A DNA stretch of 63,778 bases, filler included. It is 4 parts of 4 records of this genome, joined end to end, with 100 filler letters (N's around TTAATTAATTAA, not from the genome) between each part and the next. Parts side by side here need not be neighbours in the genome. Positions count along the whole stretch, not along the records: positions 57,893 to 63,778 come from DRR723986_4997; 3 more parts are not named here. One strand, given 5' to 3'. The notes under the pieces are model-generated. The model made no database searches and had not been told where the DNA came from. It worked only from the letters and a program-made list of their open reading frames with translations. Positions 58,388-63,778 of the stretch are shown in pieces. The stretch's first letter is position 1. Every line of letters starts with the position of its first letter. A program made the position numbers and the translations under genes.

Positions 58388-60622
58388 TTATTTTATTCTA
58401 TAACGTAAGCCTGCATAATACATAGCTCCAAATATTGGGCCATACACAAAGTTACTATCAAAATTTGAACCAAATGGATTATCTGCACTAATGATTGGGT
58501 TGTCTTGACGCACATCAGTTACATTTTCACCGCCTAAATATACTTCAAAATAAGGTGAAAACACCTTTGTAACCTGCAGATTTAAGGTGCCAACGGTTGG
58601 TGAATCGTCGTTTAATTGAAATTCTGGTACGCTTAAATCTGTACTTGGAAAACGTTGTGCATCTAACCAGTTATAGGTGACATCAAACTTCCATTGACTC
58701 CCGTTCGCTTGTTCTAAGGTTTCATAAGACGCATTGGCAAACAACCGGTTTTTAGGAATTAATGGCTTTTCTAATGTGCCAGAATTATAATCTGTTTGAA
58801 TATCGTAATACTTATAGGCCGTCCTTAAATCAAAGCCTTCAAAGATATTGTAGTTAAATTCAAATTGAAAACTGTTAGCAAAGCTATCTCCTTCTAGATT
58901 ATAAAAGTTGACTTCAAAGGGGTTTTCCCAATCTACAACCACTTGATTCTGAAAATCTGTTTTATAAAAATCCAGGGTTATATCTGCAGAACGTCCAAAT
59001 AAATTAAAGCCTTGCAAATAACTGACACCATAGTTCCAAGCAATTTCTGGATCTAAACCATAAATCTTCCCATTAGAATTAAGAATATTAATTTGACGTG
59101 AACTCGAAAACATATTCTGATTTTCAGCAAAGATATTAGCACTTCGTTTACCTCTACCTATAGATGCTCTGAGTGCAGATTTTTCCCATGGTGTATATCT
59201 TAGGTGCAATCTTGGTGTAATAAAAAAGCCCAATCTATTATGCTGGTCTATACGCAAACCTGCTGTCATGGTGAACTTATCTAGATTATCAAAGGCATAT
59301 TCAAAAAATCCACCTAGCGAATTTTCTACACGCTCGTAGGTTTGGGAATTCACTAATTCATCATAATGATCGTAAGTAAAACTCAATCCCGTTTTTATTT
59401 TATGTCTAGAATCTGAAATAATACTGTTATAAACCATATTAGAATAAAAACTATTATGCTGAATATCATATTCATTTAAACCAAAATAAGACGCTTGCTT
59501 ATGATTGCTATATGCCGTTTGAAAACCTAAACTCTGGTATGGTATTGCAGGATTGACGAACCCTAATTTAGTGGTGACTTCAAAACGCTCTGTATTAATG
59601 TTGCTGCCCCAAAAGTTGGTCGTGCTTTTATCTCTATCTGGATTAAAATCTACCTGACCCGATTGTGTATTATCATTGAGATAGCGTAAGTTAATAAAGC
59701 TAACAATCCCTTTTTCTCCATTGGTATATTGCCAACGATTCATCAGGTTGATTTGTTCTTTTAATGGCACATCTAAAAACGAATCATCATTTCTATCGAA
59801 TTTTTGATTCCGTAAATTTCCGTGTATGTACAACCCTGTACTCCACTTGTCGGAAACCTGCTGATTTATATGCGTGTTAAGCTCCAGTCTTCCATTTATA
59901 CCAGCATAGACATTTACAAATAATCTGTCGTCAGTATTAGGCTTTACAAGTTCAGCATTAATTTGCCCAGCGATACTTTCAAACCCATTAACAACACTAC
60001 CCGATCCTTTTGTAATTTGAATACTCTCAACCCAAGTACCAGGTATAAAACTTAAGCCGTAGGCTTGAGAGGCACCACGAATTGCTGGCACATTCTCTGT
60101 AGTTATTAAAATGTAAGGTGAATTTAAACCTAACATTTTAATCTGTTTAGTTCCAGAAACCGCATCGGCAAAATTCACATCGATAGAAGGATTCGTTTCA
60201 AAACTCTCTGATAGGTTACAACACGCTGCTTTTAGTAATTCATCACTGCTCACAAAAAGGGTGTTTGCCGCTTTTAAATACGATTTTGATGTGGCTTGTT
60301 TCCGCGCTGTTACAGTTATAGCGTCTAATTCATCTGATGGCCGCAATACATGCCTTATAAATTTATTTTCGGTTACAGTTATGGTATCCGTTTTAAAACC
60401 TACATAACTTATAACAAGTTTACTGTAAGAGAATTTATACGGCAAGGTAAAGGTGCCGTCATCATTGGTAATAGCACCGATAGAGGAATTTAACCAATAG
60501 ACATTAGCGCCAGGTAGGGGACTTTCTTTAAAGCCGCTAGATTCTACGACAATGCCTTGTAGTTGTTCTTGAGCTATCAAAAACACTGGGCTGAACATCA
60601 CTAATATTAGAACTAGTCTCAT
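58388..60622 (-). CDS. TonB-dependent receptor (Cys-Cys plug type, putative metal uptake)
   Basis: N-terminal CarboxypepD_reg-like domain (LPGANV..TNDDG.F..SYVGFK), plug LLKAACCNLSESFETN and a barrel ending YAGLRYRIK. Confidence 0.92.
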   Translation of the reverse strand: MRLVLILVMFSPVFLIAQEQLQGIVVESSGFKESPLPGANVYWLNSSIGAITNDDGTFTLPYKFSYSKLVISYVGFKTDTITVTENKFIRHVLRPSDELDAITVTARKQATSKSYLKAANTLFVSSDELLKAACCNLSESFETNPSIDVNFADAVSGTKQIKMLGLNSPYILITTENVPAIRGASQAYGLSFIPGTWVESIQITKGSGSVVNGFESIAGQINAELVKPNTDDRLFVNVYAGINGRLELNTHINQQVSDKWSTGLYIHGNLRNQKFDRNDDSFLDVPLKEQINLMNRWQYTNGEKGIVSFINLRYLNDNTQSGQVDFNPDRDKSTTNFWGSNINTERFEVTTKLGFVNPAIPYQSLGFQTAYSNHKQASYFGLNEYDIQHNSFYSNMVYNSIISDSRHKIKTGLSFTYDHYDELVNSQTYERVENSLGGFFEYAFDNLDKFTMTAGLRIDQHNRLGFFITPRLHLRYTPWEKSALRASIGRGKRSANIFAENQNMFSSSRQINILNSNGKIYGLDPEIAWNYGVSYLQGFNLFGRSADITLDFYKTDFQNQVVVDWENPFEVNFYNLEGDSFANSFQFEFNYNIFEGFDLRTAYKYYDIQTDYNSGTLEKPLIPKNRLFANASYETLEQANGSQWKFDVTYNWLDAQRFPSTDLSVPEFQLNDDSPTVGTLNLQVTKVFSPYFEVYLGGENVTDVRQDNPIISADNPFGSNFDSNFVYGPIFGAMYYAGLRYRIK

Positions 60623-61353
60623 GATTTTAAAGTTTTAAATAGCATTAGTATAGCCATAACTATCATTATGGAATTTTCAATGAGAGTTGCTTTTGTCATA
60701 GGCAGTTTTAAAACAGTTCCTAAACAGGCACACTGAATTGTTCTTTTATTCAACAAAGTCAAAGCAACTCCATAAGTTGTAATTCCCAAAATAATCAGTG
60801 TTGTTATTAAAGCGAAATGCGTTTGAAAACGGAATAAAAACAATAATCCTAATGTAATTTCTATAAATGGGTATACCCAACCATACGCTGGTATAGCCTT
60901 AGCCAACGGATCGTAAATTTGAAAACTTTGTGGAAAACCCCTTAAGTCTAAAAGCTTAAAAAAGCTGAAAACTATATAAAATAAACCCATAAAATCGAAC
61001 ATAAAACCAGAAATGTCCCATGGCTCAATATTTAAGAGTAGTGATGCGGTAAAGAGGTATCCTAAGATTAAGAACAATGGAAAAAGCTGTTTTAGCTCCC
61101 TTTGATTGTTCTCTTCCTGACTCGCCGAATTCTGAAAAACATTAGTTTTGATTTGTTTTGAAATTTTATATTTATCAGATAAGGCTTTTTGAAGTTTGTC
61201 GACTTCAATATGCGACATCATTTGAATTTTTGCCTCTTCGGCTTCAAGATTTACTGTAACACTTTCAACCTCTGGCAATTCAGAGAGTGACGCTTCAACA
61301 GAAGCTTTACATTTGTTACAGGTCATGCCTGAAATATTATAGGTGTGTGTCAT
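60619..61353 (-). CDS. HMA domain + MauE-like membrane domain protein
   Basis: GMTCNKC, SFFKLLDL.GF..SF..YD, YPFIE and CACLG. Confidence 0.88.
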   Translation of the reverse strand: MTHTYNISGMTCNKCKASVEASLSELPEVESVTVNLEAEEAKIQMMSHIEVDKLQKALSDKYKISKQIKTNVFQNSASQEENNQRELKQLFPLFLILGYLFTASLLLNIEPWDISGFMFDFMGLFYIVFSFFKLLDLRGFPQSFQIYDPLAKAIPAYGWVYPFIEITLGLLFLFRFQTHFALITTLIILGITTYGVALTLLNKRTIQCACLGTVLKLPMTKATLIENSIMIVMAILMLFKTLKS

Positions 61354-61438
61354 TTTATTTTATTTAATTTGAATTTGAAAACAAGTAAAACTGGTGTAAC
61401 GCCAATGTTACCATTAGCTTATGGTATTTCAAACAAAA

Positions 61439-61846
61439 TCAAATCAGATAGATCTCATAAACAACGTGAATGTCTTTAATGAGATTGGGTGGAGCATAAT
61501 CTTTATGCGGAATAATGCGCTTTGGTACGCTTTCGAAAATATTATAATAAGTGTAAATAAAAGCACTTAACGTAAATTGAGTCATTGTGCTTACATAAGG
61601 GAAGTCTACCGTATTTAAATCATCTTGTCCTTTAACAATATCAACAGTGTCTTTACAGCAAGGTTTTTTGACATAAACCACCTCTTCCGTATCCATACCA
61701 CCACATTTCTTGGCTTCAGAGAATATTGAGGTATCTACCAAATTATCTCCACAGTAATGACTTTCTACTTTAAAAGACATAGTAGAGGCTAATACCAGTA
61801 CCGCAAGCAATTGCGCAAATATTTTATATAGTATAGATAACCTCAC
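61439..61846 (-). CDS. HYC_CC_PP family protein
   Basis: Signal/TM segment, SHYCG, KKCG, PCCKD and YAPP. Confidence 0.88.
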   Translation of the reverse strand: MRLSILYKIFAQLLAVLVLASTMSFKVESHYCGDNLVDTSIFSEAKKCGGMDTEEVVYVKKPCCKDTVDIVKGQDDLNTVDFPYVSTMTQFTLSAFIYTYYNIFESVPKRIIPHKDYAPPNLIKDIHVVYEIYLI

Positions 61847-61850
61847 CCTG

Positions 61851-61858
61851 CAAAATTA
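61851..61858 (-). promoter_or_regulatory. Bacteroidota -7 promoter element
   Basis: TAATTTTG (TAnnTTTG consensus) just upstream of the HYC_CC_PP start. Confidence 0.5.
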
Positions 61859-61896
61859 CAAAATTAAAACAAAGTCTAACTGCATTTATAGAAGTC

Positions 61897-62325
61897 TTAA
61901 CGATTGAGCTTGTAGTAATAAAATGCTGGCAACAAAAGTATTAGGATAATGGGTTGAATTAAAAATCGTCTGATATTGAAGAAGAAATAGTAATCCTCTT
62001 GCTTTGGATTTATTACAAAATATAAAAATGGTATCTGTAATAAAATAAAGGCACCAACATATAATAACACTGAAAATTTAATAATACTTCTATCCTTAAA
62101 AATCAGGTGCAATATGCCCAGCGAGATAATTGTATTTAAAAAATATCTTAATGTTGTATTGAATACGAGTTTAGCGATTTCTCGTCTCGGACTATCAATA
62201 TATAAATAGTCATTCTTAAAAAAACTAAGATAAGGATCGTAAAACAAAATATTCTCATAAGCTCTGATTAATACTAAAAGTATCAACAGAATGAGCAATA
62301 CAAAATATTTAGTTGCCTTGCTCAT
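61897..62325 (-). CDS. Exosortase F system-associated membrane protein
   Basis: LIRAYENILFYDP, RY.LN..ISL and RRFLIQP...LLPAFYY. Coupled to xrtF. Confidence 0.88.
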   Translation of the reverse strand: MSKATKYFVLLILLILLVLIRAYENILFYDPYLSFFKNDYLYIDSPRREIAKLVFNTTLRYFLNTIISLGILHLIFKDRSIIKFSVLLYVGAFILLQIPFLYFVINPKQEDYYFFFNIRRFLIQPIILILLLPAFYYYKLNR

Positions 62326-62870
62326 TGTTGTTTATTATGTTTAGAAAACCGATTGACCCAAACCATCCATAACAAAAAAACAGTGCCATAAATAAGTAAT
62401 GGAAATATAACGGTATGCAAAATTTCGCGCCTCCAAGGATAGTGATATAAGCCTATAGATAATACCACAATTCTAATTAAATTAAACGCATATATAATTA
62501 CACTACCTGCTAAACCATATACCAATGTGATTTTAAACTTACCGGCAAAAGCAATGACAAATGATAAAAAAAGTATGATGATACTTACGACATTGCAACC
62601 TTCAATAACTCTTGCTACAAACTTTCCGTTGATAATAATCTTCATTGAAGGCTCATATGGATGCGGAACAACATTACTTTCATAACCTATACCATTGATG
62701 AGTGCGTTTGTTTGATGTGCAACGAGATTAGTCATGTAATCTGGATAATAAGAAGACCCATCTGAAAGATTTAGATACAAATTGTATGAGATTGTTAGCA
62801 CAGAATACACTACTAAAAAAGTGACAATAAACTTTATAACTAATTTGTATTTCATTAAAAGTGTTTTCAA
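62322..62870 (-). CDS. xrtF: Exosortase family protein XrtF
   Basis: ARVIEGCN (Cys), NLIRI (Arg), LH.VIFPL.IYG (His) and W..WV. Confidence 0.9.
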   Translation of the reverse strand: MKTLLMKYKLVIKFIVTFLVVYSVLTISYNLYLNLSDGSSYYPDYMTNLVAHQTNALINGIGYESNVVPHPYEPSMKIIINGKFVARVIEGCNVVSIIILFLSFVIAFAGKFKITLVYGLAGSVIIYAFNLIRIVVLSIGLYHYPWRREILHTVIFPLLIYGTVFLLWMVWVNRFSKHNKQQ

Positions 62871-62964
62871 AAAAAGAGCTTATATGAGTTTGATGTTAAA
62901 TTTATAAAAACACTATTTTATTATAGGGTATTTTAAAATACTTTTACCAAAAGTTTTCACATCT

Positions 62965-63423
62965 ATGACCTTGAATGAATTAAAGCCAGAAATAAAATCT
63001 ATAGTCGCAGAAAAACATCTAAGTGTTGATGAGCGTCTCTTAAAGATTTGCCAATTATTAGAATCTCATGTAGACTACTACAATTGGGTTGGTTTCTATT
63101 TTAAAAACGGAGATAAAGATGAGTTAAAACTTGGCCCTTATGTTGGTGAGCCAACAGACCATACCATAATTCCATTTGGCAAAGGCATCTGTGGACAGGT
63201 TGCTATTAGTAACCAAAACTTTGTCGTGCCAGACGTTGCTGCTCAAGATAATTATATTGCTTGTAGTATCACAGTGAAGGCAGAAATAGTGATTCCTATT
63301 TTTTTGAATGATGAAAATATTGGTCAAATAGATATTGACTCTAACACACCAGATCCTTTTACCGAAGCTGACGAACGATTTTTAGAATTTGTTTGTAAAC
63401 AAGTGGCTATCCTTTTAGATTAA
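62965..63423 (+). CDS. GAF domain protein (free methionine-R-sulfoxide reductase MsrC-like)
   Basis: YNWVGFY, LGPYVG, GKGICG, YIACS, EIVIP and IDIDS. Confidence 0.85.
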   Translation: MTLNELKPEIKSIVAEKHLSVDERLLKICQLLESHVDYYNWVGFYFKNGDKDELKLGPYVGEPTDHTIIPFGKGICGQVAISNQNFVVPDVAAQDNYIACSITVKAEIVIPIFLNDENIGQIDIDSNTPDPFTEADERFLEFVCKQVAILLD

Positions 63424-63435
63424 AGGCTTATTATT

Positions 63436-63778
63436 TTACATTCCTGTTCTTATGGCTTCAACTGGATCTAGGCGAGATGCCGAAAGAGCGGGAATAACTC
63501 CTGAAATTAAACCTATAAAGGAAGAGATTGAAAATCCTATGAGCATATTAGGTAAGGATAAGACAAACTCAAAATCTTCAGTTATTCCACTAGCAACTAG
63601 AGTTGCTAACCACACCAAAATTAAACCTATTACACCTCCTACAACCGCAAGAATAATGGCTTCAAACAAAAATTGAAATAGAATAAATCTATTTTTAGCA
63701 CCTAATGATTTTTGTATACCAATGAGATTGGTGCGTTCCTTAACACTTACAAACATAATATTGGCAATACCAAAACCA
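63436..63778 (-). CDS. MacB/FtsX-type ABC transporter permease (C-terminal part)
   Basis: GIANIMFVSVKERT..IGIQKSLGA, FLFEA and PALSASRLDPVEAIR. Confidence 0.9.
   Translation of the reverse strand, partial: GFGIANIMFVSVKERTNLIGIQKSLGAKNRFILFQFLFEAIILAVVGGVIGLILVWLATLVASGITEDFEFVLSLPNMLIGFSISSFIGLISGVIPALSASRLDPVEAIRTGM

Overview
This window is not one genomic locus. It is four unrelated contigs joined by three identical 100-bp artificial spacers (N44-TTAATTAATTAA-N44 at 20463-20562, 44716-44815 and 57793-57892). Contig A (1-20462, high GC, Rhodobacteraceae-like) is a marine organosulfur and organic-acid catabolic region. It carries a DddW-type DMSP lyase, a betaine-family ABC transporter, a CuyA-like PLP lyase with a divergent LysR, otnKCI, an amidohydrolase/acyl-CoA ligase/MarR/TAXI-TRAP module and a BetC-like sulfatase. 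Contig B (20563-44715, Alphaproteobacteria, probably Hyphomicrobiales) is mostly ordinary: mbfA, an ECF42 sigma module, MipA/TetR, a diguanylate cyclase, a FabI-like SDR, the cysG-cysI-cysH operon, an MCP, thiolase, GH13 glucosidase, GT2, adenylate cyclase and betB. Contig C (44816-57792, taxon unclear) has a CPBP protease and a 1200-aa TraB/GumN protein, followed by an AT-richer island. The island holds three membrane-anchored pentapeptide-repeat proteins around a small membrane protein plus HEPN-like gene pair, decayed ORFs, a probable serine-recombinase remnant and 21-bp phased repeats. It is the best candidate for an undescribed (possibly anti-phage) system. Contig D (57893-63778, Flavobacteriaceae-like) has a Cys-rich metal-handling cluster, the exosortase F pair, a GAF protein and an ABC permease. 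I saw no CRISPR array, rRNA or tRNA. All family calls come from motif recognition by eye, not database searches.
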